Positions 1 through 13,990 of a stretch of DNA of 64,000 nucleotides are shown here, piece by piece (within the stretch, counting starts at the first letter, position 1; every line of letters begins with the position of its first letter). Below the pieces are notes generated by a model. The model was not told the DNA's origin, ran no database searches, and saw only the letters and a program-made list of their open reading frames with translations. Position numbers and translations under genes: made by a program. Origin of the DNA: Nymphaea colorata (taxonomy: Eukaryota); assembly GCF_008831285.2 (NCBI RefSeq), contig NC_045138.2:24428001-24492000 (forward strand), read 5' to 3'.

Positions 1-444
1 ACCATGTCTGTGGGGCTTACAAATTTGATTGTGTGTGCATGCATAGACAAGAAATTTTAGTGTCTAAACTTATTTTCTCATGCCTTCACTAGTTTAAAGT
101 TTTTTTCATTGGGATGTATAATGTGCATGCACATGTGAGTATATGTATGTGTGTGTGTGTGTCAGTGTGTGTGTGTGTACGCGTGTATGTGGAGTCTTTG
201 GACATAAACAGGGATAATGGAAGCAAATCTGCCAATGCTCCTGTGTATATGATAATTGCAAAATCTATATGATAATTGCTGGGTCATAATAATTCTGGTG
301 AAGGTTTAAGAATCATCAAGTACCTAAAAAACCTATATACGTGTGGACACATCATTGGATTGGTAAATGAATCCAGCTCACTGCTTAATCGCATCGTTCA
401 TAAATCAAGCAGTCTGAATTTGGTAAAAATAATGGAAAACTTAC

Positions 445-956
445 CGTTGTGTAAAATGCACCTCCTCCATAATTTTGTTGTCTAGATGCTCCTGCACGAA
501 CTGCTGGATCCTGACAAAAGAAATATATGAGAGATCACTCATGGGACACCATTTCTTCCACATAATGGTACCACCTACCTGTAAAATTGAGGAGCTTTGA
601 AATACAATTTGAAGTATAAGATTCTATTTTACGACTCACAAAGAGAATGATCACTTAAACATCATGAAAACACAAACTAATCCCACATAAAAGGGATAAA
701 AGTAAAACTGCACATAATTAATATAATTTTTATTACATTCCTAAAAATGCATATCAACTACAAAGGAAGATCTCAAACAACAAGAGCAGGAGTAGCCATT
801 GGGAATTGGGAGTGTCCAATTACATTCTTACGGAAGTGCCCTTTGAGCACCCAAAGGAAAAGAAAAATATTACATGCATACATATATATATATAATTAAC
901 GGTTAATTGTTACCAGCCAAATCTTTTCTCACCACTGACACCTCTCACAAACACAC

Positions 957-1017
<61 letters not shown>

Positions 1018-3611
1018 CGGTTAATTGTTACCAGCCAAATTTTTTCTCACCACTGACACCTCTGACAAACACACTCACTGACACCTCTCACAAACACACT
1101 GGATGTCCTTTTGACTAAACCCAAGCCTGTAGAAAGAAACATCATAGTTGAGTATCCACAACAAACAACATGAATGACTGAATCTAGTTTAACAATTTAG
1201 ACTTCGTTACACCAATTCTGGTGCATTGAGTGGTTGTTTTTTTCATTGCACTGGAAACATAACTAAAGAGGGAAAAAAAAATTAAGCCTTTTATACATGC
1301 TATCTACTACATAGACCATAGAGACTACATGTACAGGCTGGATGGAGCAAACATACACACACACACACAACTGTATCTTTCACATTGGTCTATGACAGCT
1401 TAGGATTAATTAGTCTATGAAACAATTGCATAAGTATACATGAAACATACTAGGAGAAAAAGGAATTTTGGAAGTTTAGAGAAACAGCAATACTCTCTGA
1501 ACACCACTTTGGAGAATACACTCAAACCAATAAAGTGACGCTGCTGGAAACACTAGTTCAATACATAAACATTACACACACACAGAGGGTTAGGGGTTTT
1601 TTCTTTTGGGCGTGGGGAGAGTATGCATATACATGTACTTATTGTTATTTATTAAAAATGGAGCCAGCAGTGGCTGAAACAGCGGAAGTGCCAGTTCAGC
1701 CAGTGCATCAGCTGATATTTAGAAGCATCTTTATTTTGATTAGATTGGATTTGTCTCTACAATCTATATTATGGTATCTATTATGCTTGAATTCACTTTG
1801 TGATTGTAATATCCTTCCAAGTTTATGATTCTTAAAGAATATAAGTTTAAGAATTTATCCACCACACACCACCATAAATGATGACATTAACATGCCTACT
1901 GTATGAAGGTGATGTGACGGCTCCTTACCATGTCGAGATAGTGGATGCCACATATATGTTAAAGATAGACGTAGTTATCTTTAAGTTGACCATTCTAGAG
2001 AAGTTGACTCTCATGAAAATGAAAAATATGTGGTCATCTTTTACCTACTATGATCACAATACTGATACAAAGGGCTAAGTAAGCAAGAAAATAATCTCTA
2101 TTTTTTTCTTATTCTTTCTTCACCTATTCCTTTATTTATTAATTTTCATTCTCTCTTTGGTATGGTTGTAAATGTTGGTTCTGGTACACGGTTTTTGTCA
2201 TTGGCTGGATGTGCCAGAAACAACTATTTTTCAAACTAACTAACGTTAAATAACATCACACACCTTCGAGCTGGCCTGGTAGTTGCCATGCAATGCCCCA
2301 ATTCTCGACAGAAGTTGATGTTATGATATTTTCGGAGCACAAGCACATCTGCTGACTTCTAATTTTTTTAAGGGGTTTTTCATGTTGCCAACCTATGTTT
2401 TCAGAATTTGTTGTCTTAATAACTTATAACTTGTAGGGTGACACAAATTGTTGCAATAGGTATAATTCTTTAATCTGAATAAGTGTTAGGAGACCCAATT
2501 GTGATCATCAAGTTATGATTATCTCTGAAATGAAGACGGCTGATATGAGTTACAGGGCAACCATATATTTGTGGAACAAGTCTCTACAGGCTACAGCAGC
2601 AGTGGACGTGCCTCTTAAAAATATGCTTTTTCAATTCGAAGCCATAAATTGCGTGAAATTCCCAAGTACAGCTCCATTTTCTACCAGTCAAAGTTCAACA
2701 AGGACATGTTGCCTCCTTATTTTCAAAAAACAAGCTGGCTGGACTGCATGGTGGCTTCTTTACTAACTATTGCACACCCAATCCTAATAGCAACTTAAAT
2801 CAGTTAATGAACACCCTAACGCCTCATAGTCATAGAGAGACTGGTCACGCTCATAGGCTTGTCTTTAACATCCCAAAGCTTCGTATCAATCTTTTAGTAG
2901 AAAATCCCATTGTCAAACATCTAAATTGTTCAGTAACCTTACTCCGCTCATTGTAGCGTTTAAAATTTGGAAACATGAAAAAATTTTGCGAGGACATCCA
3001 GATAAATGGCTACACGCTCCAAGGCCACGAAAAAATCAGTGCTAAAAAGAGGGTTTTTACATCATATATCTGGAACTAACTTAAACCACACAGCATCCGA
3101 ATGATCCACCATAAAGATGTTTACCTCAAATTATTAATGAACCTAACGGAAAACGGATTTTTCAGTTCGGTCTAAGTTCACTTTTCTAAGGAGAGAACGA
3201 CTCTCTAAAGTCTAGACAGTAGCCGTGTGTGTACGCAGAAACGAGCAACTCACCACATTACGCTCACCGATGATATCAAGAAAGCTATATACACCAAAAT
3301 TGAACATAATTCGCCCAAACAACAGGCAGATCTATAATCTAACAACAAAATCTAGGCAATTAAACAAGACAACAAACAAGTCTACGACTCAAAATCGCGA
3401 GAAGATATAAAATCCCCGAGAATCCGCCAGAATTCTCGAGTCTCTTCCCGTAAAGAGACTAAGCCGACTATACTGCAGAAAGAGTCAGCATAAACTACAC
3501 AATTCGCGAGCGAAAAATCCGAAAATATCGGAAGGGGAAGGGATGGAGACTCACGGCGAAGGGGTTCACTTCCTCCTCGTCGAACGGATTTCTGTCGAAG
3601 CGACCGGCCAT
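445..3611 (-). CDS. SCAMP: Secretory carrier-associated membrane protein, first two coding exons (gene continues beyond the left edge of the window)
   Basis: Exon 3555-3611 = MAGRFDRNPFDEEEVNPFA (two NPF motifs), donor GTGAGT. Exon 445-510 = DPAVRAGASRQQNYGGGAFYTT, acceptor TTTTGTCAG, donor GTAAGT. Both junctions are phase 0. Matches the N-terminus of plant SCAMP1-type proteins. Not present in the ORF track. Confidence 0.92.
886..1101. repeat. ~65-bp direct duplication flanking a (TA)n microsatellite in SCAMP intron 1
   Basis: TAACGGTTAATTGTTACCAGCCAAAT..CTCACCACTGACACCTCT..ACAAACACACT occurs at ~897-958 and ~1015-1076, with an extra partial unit to ~1101. (TA)n lies at ~960-1016. Confidence 0.9.
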
Positions 3612-5654
3612 GACGACTCGTGTCCCTCCCGGCTATGCGGATGCGATTTGAACGGAAGCTTTCCGCCTCTAAGGAAAATCCTCGAGACGAAAAACTTGCC
3701 GGTGAAGAAGCGATCCCAGACGCGCTTTCGTCAACAGAGAGATCGACGGGAAAGGTGTGAATTGAGAGTGGGAGAGAGACAGCGCGAGGAAAAGAAGCGG
3801 AGACCGAAACTCTGGTTTTCTTTTGTTTTAAATGCCCCAACCTTTTTGTGCATATTAACATATCATGAGCATTTTACCTGTTTTACAAAATGCAGCACAT
3901 TTTTTTAGCTTTACTCAATTTGACTAAAAAGTAACTACTTTATGAATTGTCTGCTGACTACAATTTGCGTCACCTTTGTGCTACATATATTGTTACCATA
4001 TTTATAATATATCAATTCCCCACTTCCATCACCAATTTTGCATTTCTTTTTTCTTTTTCCAAATTCATGGCTGGTTGATGTTTGAATAAGTAGTTCTGGT
4101 CCTTGTGGAAGCTCCTTTTGTAGCATTTGTGGCATGAAAACGAATTTAGCTTGAACTACTGGACTATAACGAAGGGGCTGGATGTTCAAACGTACCATAT
4201 GGTCAGCCTCGTGTTAAGAAAACTGTGGAGTCGGTTAGCTCTGACAAGTCACAACGGTTCGCGGGAGAGGAGTCAGTGGAGCGTGGGACCCGCGAACTGT
4301 ATTCTGTGGTTTGGATAGATTAACCGGTCGGTCGGATCAGCTGATACCAAGCTCCGGTTTAATTTCACGGGCCTTGCAAACAAATTAGGTCCGATTTTTG
4401 CATCCAAAACTGAGGACCCAAAATGCAAATTTTATTCAGATCCAATTTCATCACGTACAAGGTCGGGTTCGATACCATTTTAGAATTGGATTTAGTTTTC
4501 CAGGGTGTTATGGAGCGAATCTTATAATCTGGATCCATTCATATCCATCGGATTAGCTTGTGCTTGGTGACTGAGGCCTCAGTCCGACTTGTTTACATGT
4601 AAAACTGAGCTTGGACAAACCAAGTGGCGACTGAGAAACGGGCTTATATTTTTAAAGAAACTTACTTTAATTTAAAATGTTTGAAAATTTCTTTAATAAA
4701 AAATAGGTGGGTACAGGCCAACACCGATATTGAAAATTTTGGTGTCAATGATGAATACTTGGGATCAATGAGAAATGTATAAAGGAAGATCTGATATTGT
4801 TTGATTGAGGAGATGAAAAATCCACTTGAAAGTAAGCATAAGCTTTCTTTCCTCCATCAAAACATTCTCTTAGGGTTTCATGTAGTAATGAATTCCATTC
4901 GGACTTGGTTCATTTAGCTCAACTCTCTTATGAGCTTGGCTCCCGCTATGATATGATGGAGCATCCCTAATTGATGGGCAACGTTAATAACAGCAACCAC
5001 AAACACAAAATGATACTGCAAATTCAAGCACCCATGATTCTTACGAGTATTGAGACCTTTCTTTATCATTCACGAATCCTTTCCATACTTATTCACGTTG
5101 CTAACTATAACTTTGGTCAGTTTCATGGTTCATTTGATTACTGAAAGGAAACTCAGAACCAAATGCTCTGCAATCCTTGTAGAGATTATTGAAGATTTTG
5201 AGAAAGAAGTGATGATTAATAAATCTCTTCTATCCTGAGGAAGCTAACTACCCATGATTTGATATTCCAAATTTCTGCTAATGCAGGCATATGGGGATCC
5301 CTGCAGTCAAACAAATGCGTTGGTTGAGGCAATTGAATGACTTGACTATAGGCCACCATTGGATTTTCAGAAACTCAAATTTGCTAGATAAAAAATTTTG
5401 AAAATTTTCTTCTGAACCCCTTGAAAAAGTTGAAGCAGCCTCCTAAACAATCGCAAACAATTTAAGTTGCTGACTTTTGCAAGATACTGGTTACGACAAC
5501 TCAATCCTGGCCCATTCAACAGGTCGTTTCCTCCTACATAGGAAGGTAGCCAGGGGTTTTAGGGCAGTGGGATTGCAACCAAATCTTACTAGTTAAGTGT
5601 AGATGTTCAGAGTGAGAAATTGGATGTTGACTCTGGCTATTAGAGGTTTGACCC

Positions 5655-5790
5655 CACCTCAAAAAAAAAAAAAATTTACATTTAAATTTAAAAGTTAAAA
5701 ATTAAAAATTTACATGTAAATTTTAAAAAATTTCACTTGTTATATATAAAAATTTTGAAAAATGATATTTCATTCCTAGAAATTTCAATT
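5655..5790. mobile_element. Partial copy of AT-rich MITE family A
   Basis: Core AAAATTTACATGTAAATTTTAAAAAATTTCACTTGTT..ATAAAAATTTTGAAAAAT is shared with copies at ~17460, ~18850, ~29660, 29906 and ~30245. Confidence 0.7.
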
Positions 5791-7000
5791 CAACTGCCCA
5801 ATGTCTTGGATATGGGACTTGTTCCAAAGTCTTGGATTTAACACCTTCACGTTTTTCTCACCTCACCATGATCTAGTAGTCACCAACTGTGGTGAGTTGT
5901 GTCATCAAGAATTTGTTTCTTGATATTTTCAATATGCTGCTTCAAGTCTCTCATTTTGAAATGTGTTTAGCAGAACAAAAGGCATAATAAAATTGGTTGG
6001 ATTTTTTTAATATACACGTTTCTCAATTGATTGTTGGGTAATGCTTAATCTGTCTTGTGCTTGACAAAAGACTGTAAAGACTCTGAAACAGAGGCCTTGG
6101 ATACAGCAAGTCAAATGCGCACAGCTAGGACTTGTTCATACATCAGCACTTATGGCTCAACTTTCGTCTTGATGCAAACCGACACACGTTAGTTCCATAT
6201 TGAAAAGGCGACGATGCGGATAGAATCGGGAAAAGAAACTCAAACCAGGCAAAGAAAATCAATCAACCCCATCAATCGTCTTGGTCGCTTGAGGACTATA
6301 GCTCGTAATTAATCCAACAGCCCCCATCATCAGTTTCAAAAAGTCATCCCATCGTCCCCTTCGATCTTGACCAGCTTTCCTTGACGGGTTTGCCGGTTCA
6401 AAGTTGTGTGTTGAACAGGGGGTGACGGAACAGCGGCAGGTTGGCAGAGAGTCAGGAGTTACGAAGGTGGAGTCTCCAACAAATACCCGAGGCAGAAAAA
6501 CGAGACGACAGAAAGTAATAATGTAACTCGTGCAAGCTCAAACAAACACGCCCACCAACAGGCAACAGCCAGCTCAAGCTCGGTTCACGGCTCGTGCTAA
6601 AGACTGCCAGTCTATACCTCGCCTTGGCTCACATCGTTTTTCTTTCCAAAAGCATATTTTCTTAACTACCAATGAAAAAACAAAAAAAAGGCATATGTCC
6701 TCCACATTATTTGACCATAAGAAGTACAAAGAGAACCTTCCTCAAGATGACATTAGTCATGTCAAAATATTATGGCCTCAGCCGCTGTTTTTCTACAAAG
6801 TAAAACGGCATAATTCTCGTAAATTTCTGTTTTACATGAGCAGCAAGCTAGACATGTGTCGCCTTACACATAATGAATGAATGGTGTCGACTTGCATGTA
6901 TAATCATAACGTATATTACATTACCACATTTACAATGGCCAGCAAAACTATTGTTGTATAATCGAATAAAAATGAATAGTTATAAAAAATCAAAACTCGA

Positions 7001-10000
7001 TCATTGTTTGGGGCCATATCTTCGGTAAGTCAATCCACTTCTCGCGCGTATTGGCATTGCGCGTGCCCTCTCGCGTAATGGGATTGCACGTGCCCGATGA
7101 GCGGCACCCGGTTTATCTGAATCCGGCTTATGGCCATATGGATCAATCCAGTACTTGTCTTCCTTCACCGCTTGGTTCCACCTCTGCTTAAACGCTTCCA
7201 ACTCTGCACTAGACTGCCTCCGGATCTGCCCAAAGCCAAATTTATGAACGAAGTCATAAATAACTAACGCTGCCTTTCGCATGATTGAGTTGATGAAACA
7301 GACTTAACAGAAGATGGGTAATCATGAAACTAGAACTTGTATAGCACAGGAAGTCTTCTGCATTGCGCAGATGCTCATTGAGAAAATTGCAATGATTTAG
7401 GGAATTAAGTTTCAGCGGTATTGCTTTAAAAACACGACATTGTTTTAACAGAACTCACCTCTACTCGAACATCAACTGGTGGACGCCTTCGTACCTGGAT
7501 GATAAGGAATATTTAAAAGGGAAACTAATTCAATTACCATTATTCATTCAACTGGATTGGTTTAAGAGCTGCAGAGAACTACCTTTACCAATGGTCTACC
7601 AGGTGCAGTAGCATCAGGATACTGGACAAGAAAGAAGTTTCGACCAATAAGGGGACAGAGACAGACAGAGAGCGATAGAGCAAGAGATAACTGATTCTAG
7701 CATAAAATCCAAATAGAATTGGAAAATCAAATCCAACCTTTCTCGAAGGACCACCAAGTGTTGGAATTCCTATATGCACAACGTACTCGCTATCAATCAC
7801 TCCAACCTTCTCAGTTCGGTCACCCTAAATCACCAAGATGTGAACCGATAATACAATAACATTCAAACTTCAGGATGAGCATCAGTAAGGCAGAGTTTTA
7901 TCACTCTGGATAAAATGCTATATCCAGACATAAGTATGAACAAGAATAAGAGGACAGCACTATTTTATAGAGAATAATCAAATTCCTGGTATGCCATGTC
8001 TACAACCAAGTTGCTAAAAGGACAGTCCTTGGAAGGACAGAGGGGCGAAACCAATGATTTGTAAATAAAAAATGTTTTAAAAGATCATCATGCCCCTCCC
8101 CAGCGAACCTTTTACAAAACAATGATGCTCCCCCTTTATAAAAGTCTACTGGTTCTGACGCTGGAAGGACCATCTTAGCATTAATGTTCAAACTCCGAGG
8201 AGCTGGTGGTACATGATTTGGGTTCTGCCGTATTATGCATACCAAAATCAGGTAGGATATGTTTGTGGAAATAAGCATCTCAACAGGACCCACATCAACA
8301 ATGCACCGCTAGAAACGATTAGTGCATGTGCAGTTTCAACTTTCAACAATGCACCGCTAGAAACGATTAGTCATGCTAGTGGCATCTATATGAATGAATG
8401 TGAGCAAGTTAGCAAAACCGTAATGTGAACATGGAAAGCAATCCTCAGCTGTATAATTCCCAATTTCATTAAATCTTCCAACAGAACTATTTAAGAAACG
8501 TTATTACCTGAGCACAATATCCGAGTTTCATATCCAAGCCCCATCCGTGTACAAGATCATTCTGTGGGGGGTGGAGGAAGGAAAGACAGATAGATAACAT
8601 TGATCAATGAGATTCACATAAATCATTTTTACAATTTTTGTAAAGGAGAAAACAATAAACTAGTTAATATGCACAAAGCTATAGGGAAATAAGAAAATTC
8701 TGAACAACCAAAGTTTATGACAGACGAATTACTTATTGCAAGATCAGTGTGGTTCTTGAAAATGCTCAAAAAGACAAGAGAATCGACTTTCAGTCATATT
8801 CTCTTAAGATTTGTGGAGCTGATGACTGAAACTGTGCATCATAACCATTAAAAGAATTAAAAGAAACCACAATAAAAGTTTTGGTTCAAGCATGCCTGTA
8901 TAAGATGCCATGCACAACGCCAAGCAGCCCTTGAAAATACAGGTGCCATCCCTTCAACCCATCTACACAGTAAGAAAGTCATAAGCAACAAATGTTCTTG
9001 AAAAAAGCTAGTGTCCTTGTGTCTGCTATGCTGCTCAAACGCAGAAACTATGCAACTAAAATAGAAAATGGCACAGATATTATATGTAAGCTTCTTCAAG
9101 CATGAAGGCTAGTTCTAGACAAGGAGTTGTTAATCTTGCACATGAAAATATTAATCATGCTCTTTGCACAAAACGCCATGCCAGTTTTGTGCATTCCTCC
9201 GTCAAACAACCCGTTAAGGGACTAGAAAAAAAAAGGCGATCACAAAGCTCCCTCATGGGACTTGTAGGACAAGAACCTAATGGCACTCACTCTGGTGATA
9301 CAAGTTGTCATACATCAACTGATTGTCCAGTAACTAGGCTATAAGTATGAGTGACAAAGCAATTCCTTCTGCCAGGTTACGCTGATTCTAGAGTTCATGA
9401 TTTCACATTTTACCGTCAATGGAAGAAGCATTTACCCAGTTGGTAAGGATAAGTTAATAAGGTGTCATAGGTCATTTAACCTGAACATATTTATGGCATA
9501 ATGCTACATATTAAGTAAATTCCGAAAGCGATAGGTTTTTTTGTACCGTACAAGGACAAGCTGTGATGTGCCACAAAGCACTGTGGGATTTACCAGCATA
9601 TTAAAGCTTAGATTCTCACCCATGGCAATGACATAAATTTACTATAACAGTATAACAGAAATCTCTTGCAATGCAAACTGATGAAAGGACCATACCCCGA
9701 ACATGGTGGCCCTTCGCTTGTATTTGAACATTTTGTGCTTCCAAAAGTACCATATATTTGCCTACCGACAACAAGCATCCATTCCTGTTAGTCAATCTTT
9801 AACAGAAGAGATCCCATAATTCCTGTCTTAAAACACAAACCACTGGATAGATAAAAACATGCAAGGCAATCACCTATGGACCCTCCCATTTTTTTTCCTT
9901 ACAGTGATCCTGTGATGCACTTCAGACAAATCAGGATCCAGCGCCGGTTGAGAAATCTCCAAGCCTTCTGCTTTCATAATTTGCAAGTACCTTTTCCAGA

Positions 10001-12115
10001 GAAAATTATAAGTAGGAAAGTCAAACCTCGTAACACTTCTAGGCTTCTAGCACCATGAAACTAGATTAAAAGATCATAAAAGAATTGGGCCATCATAATC
10101 ATCGATTCAACAAATTACTTTATGAAAAATAGCCCAATTCTATTATTCCAAAAGAGTAAAAAGCCCACCACATACTATAAACACAAAAGATTTAGCTAGA
10201 TAGAAACCACTACTTGGTACTGATAATAGAATCACGTCCTATAGCTAATATCGTAAACAGCAACTCTTAGTACAATCAGATCTCTAAAGATAAATCCAAA
10301 TTGGTAATGCATGAAGATGTAATGTTTACACTTGATAATTCGAACAGTCACTTATTTACTTCATCAACACGAGAATACAGGATGCAAAAAAACAAGTGAA
10401 ACATATTAATAAGTTCTCATTCTTTACCTTCCTGGATGGAAATTATCTACTCCTATATCTTCATCCCAAATAAAAACGTAATCATAAATAGATATTATAT
10501 CAGGATGCAGAAAACGCTTCGCAAACCACCTGCAGAATACGTGAGAATTGTAAATGTATAGTCTTTGAAGAAAATATCTGAGACACAAGAAAGACTAAAA
10601 GGAATATAGTGCACCACACGAAGGAATATTATTCTCATTAATTTACAATAGCGGACACATACCATTTACTTTGGTTATTTGCAACTATATGAATTGCCTT
10701 GCTGTGCCACTGAAGGTCATTCCATCCATTAACATTACCATCATAATGAAAGAGAATAACTGTAAAATTCTGCAACAAAAACTGAAAAATGCAAAGTTAT
10801 TAATAGAAAAAAAAATTGCATTTAACCATGCCATCCACATTATCTTAAAGTTTCAAAAGAGTACCTTTTCCACAATGGTATCCACATTTTTCTTTTGCTT
10901 GATTCCAACAGGCATTGCTAGGAGACTCCTATTAGTATCCTTATTTTCCTACAAAAAATAAGACCTATTCATTAACCAACCATACGCATGAAATTTTTAG
11001 GACCCAAATATTGTATACAGAGGTGCCTACCTAGACATGCATTCTAGCCAGCTAAAGTTGCAGCAATTCTATGTCTCAGTATATCTAATTACTTAAGAAC
11101 ATAACCTAGATCATTTGTACGATCATGTAAAAATAAATTTAGAAGAAGAAAAAAATTAGTCCCTGAGCTTCAGTAATTTTCGGGGTTTTGAATCATTTCA
11201 TTCAGTAACACATGAAGCACAAGGTAAACTGTTTTTATAAAAGGAAAAAAAAAAAAGAGAAATATATACATTTTCGTTACAAAAATGTAAAACTTTCTAA
11301 CGTCAAGTACAAGTTATGCAAAATAAAGTAATAAACCCCTTCAGGTATCATTGCTATCCTCAATTTGATACATACCAACAAGCGGAAGCTCTTTGCTGCC
11401 CAAAGAGGTCTTAATTCCAAATCAGAAGTTGCTTGCACAATTCCATGGGGCAAGGACTCATGACCCGAAGTACCATAGATTTCCTAAGCCAATGGATCAA
11501 TTGACAATTATCAGATGACAGTACCAGTCAATTACCTTGTTCATAATCAATATTTTAGATAATATCTTACAGCAACAGTGTGCAAATGATCCAACTCTTC
11601 TTCGCTATAAAAAAGGGGGCGTATTTCTCTTTCCATCTAAGCATTTGCCAAACCTCATCAGAAGCATGTATTGAGAATACGTGGCAAGACTAAAGCAGAA
11701 AACAGAATTGTTGATAAAGAGAAAAAAGAAAAGATCTTCATACCTCTGCCTGCTGGTTTCTTATCCACATGGTCATTGAGGTGAACAGCAACATAACAAT
11801 GCATGATATTCCCAAAAAGGGAATAACTGACCTGAAAGTACAAACCCCCTGTAGATCGAAATTTCCTTAGTTTCTTAGTGACATATAAGCCTCTCATGCT
11901 CAATTACCAATAAATAACAGCTGTGCTGGCAGAAACCCTTTCAAGGGCCACATTGTGACCAACGTGCAAACAAAGGCGTGCCCCACCAGCTTATCAGTAA
12001 GAACCAATAATTGTTTGAACACCAAATAGAACACGTAGACATGCCGTAGATAACTTACACCATCCAGTGCCCAAAGCCTGCATTTTGACTTTGATCCCGA
12101 AAACCTGGAGTTCAT
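7001..12115 (-). CDS. DUF707 family protein (predicted type II membrane protein, 'lysine ketoglutarate reductase trans-splicing related' annotation family), ~408 aa
   Basis: Exons 12059-12115, 11744-11848 (TM segment PFLGISCIVMLLF), 11376-11483 (LPHGIVQATSDLELRPLW), 10865-10948 (LLAMPVGIKQK), 10663-10781 (LFHYDG), 10428-10529 (WFAKRFLHPD..WDED), 9874-9990 (GLEISQPALD), 9696-9761 (PPCSG), 8896-8962 (WVEGMAPVFSRAAWRC), 8508-8561 (NDLVHGWGLD), 7738-7824, 7459-7494 and 7001-7225. Total 1227 nt, all phases consistent. The choice of start exon is the least certain part. Confidence 0.92.
8295..8371. repeat. Exact 29-bp direct repeat in a DUF707 intron
   Basis: TCAACAATGCACCGCTAGAAACGATTAGT at 8295-8323 and 8343-8371. 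Confidence 0.9.
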
Positions 12116-13990
12116 CGCTGAAGAGAAATATGTTTGCTTGCCATTTAGAGGCAGAACATTCTCCTCTTGCAGGTTAGCTGTCAAGTCACCACCCCAAATT
12201 TAGATCCTGCGTGGACCGAGAAAAGAAGTAATTATTAATGAATAACCATCAAACAAAGCCTTCGTAACCACACTTTTCTCCGAACAAGGGAATGCACAAA
12301 CAAAAACGCCCAAGACATTCACAACATTATGTTGGAAAACAAATCCTCAATGAATTTATTAAAACTCGCTTAAAAGCATCTGCCGAGTTAGCACGAGTAT
12401 TTCACTGTTGTCAGAAATTGATGAAATTTGAAACATCAACTCCTGAAGATCAAAGAAAAGGAAAATCTCACCTGCAGTATCAGCGCATCACCAACAAGAA
12501 GGGCCACGTATTCAACTGATTCAATCAAAACCGTATTTTTTACAAGAAAAGCTGCACGTGAAAAAACCATTAAAAATAAAACCTACCATGGCCCAAAACA
12601 AACCTCCAAAATCACAATGAACAACAACAAAACAAAAAAAACACTCGTTAAAAAAATGGATGGTTCTCAAAAATCTCCAAAGCGGAAAGTTTAAATAAAT
12701 AAGCTTCGATAGTTGCTGCAGAGTCGTTCTCCCCGCGAGGAACAACCAAGACTAAGCAGGCCTGGAGTGTAAAATGCGCGATCTAATAATACTTTACACA
12801 AACACAACAGGGAAATAGGGAAACTATATAAACGTCATATAACATGGAAACGGTGCCGCTATACGGGACAACTATCAGGCACACGAGGCCATAGGAGTAA
12901 GGAGAAAGGTCATTGTTATGTAAGGATTTGAAAGACGTGAAATCTGAAGCCAAATCCCTTCGACAACCTTGCCCCTTCGGTTCGGGGATGAAAGGACGAC
13001 GAATATTAAAAAAGATTGGACGTTGCATGATTGTTTCTCTTTCGTCATAAACAATCAAAACAAAATTTCCTAAATATGAATGGAAAGAAGCACTAGGGAA
13101 TTAATGCGCACGTTCTGGCAAGAGCAGAATCCGGCATTTTGAGGACCATGGACGACCAGGAAATCGGCCGGCAGTTGTTTAATCCTGCTGGACATAGCAT
13201 TGACAGCCCCATCACCGGCGAGAGGTCATTCACGCGTTCCCTTTTTCCGGTGGAATCGCGGGATCACGCGTCAGCAACACTTACAAACCGAAATTTCAGA
13301 TTCCAACACAGGAAAAAGAGAAAATGGCATCCAAGAACATTCAACACAGTAGACGGACATTTTCATCCGAGTTGTCTCCATTCATCTCAATCTCGCTGCT
13401 TTCCGACGAGACTCAATCAATTGGTTATATAAGAGACGGAGAAAAGTTAAGCTCAACCAGGACACACATTTTCCATTAGTTAAACGGGACAAGATGCCCG
13501 TTCTCCATCCAGAAACCGAGATCTAATCCCAAACAAACACACTCTAAAGAAAACGACAACTCTGGTAAAAGCTCACCAGAGAAAGAGAAATAAACATCCA
13601 GAGTCGGCTCTGTAACTTCTTCCGTGGAGAGACTCCCTCAGCTCCTTCGGCAAAAAGAAGAAGATGATGATGAAGATAATGAAACGGAACGAATCCTCAA
13701 AAGCTAGCAGTATGACCGTTGAAGACGCCGCAGAAGTGAAATGCCCCACCGGTCCGGAGCTCCGGCCGGCGAAAAACGAACGCCGCGCCTCCTAGGCTCC
13801 TACCACCTACTAGAGTAGCGTAACAACGCGATGAAGAAGCAGAAGCAGGAGCTCTCGAGCTCCAACCAGCGGGAAATCGAACGACAGGCCTCCCACCGTC
13901 ACTTGATCCGTAGCTCCGCCCGGCGTCCGGAGGATCTCTCTCTCTCTCTCTGTCTCTCTCTCCACCTCGAGGAACAAATCAGATTTATAG
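12116..13990 (-). promoter_or_regulatory. Probable promoter and long spliced 5' leader of the DUF707 gene
   Basis: TATAAA on minus at 13984-13989, followed by a GA repeat and a CpG-rich leader ending in donor GTGAGC at 13576. Further splice-signal-bounded segments at ~12587-12761, 12472-12515 and 12059-12206. Confidence 0.55.

Noticed and set aside
3382..3908. 159-aa and 121-aa ORFs in the track
   Set aside because: They are shadows of the GC-rich SCAMP first exon and leader; the real frame is the 19-codon NPF exon
11536..11600. Possible extra micro-exon (ILSKILIMNK) or decayed TM exon in DUF707
   Set aside because: The downstream intron would be only 52 nt, the other frame has stops, and the model is complete without it
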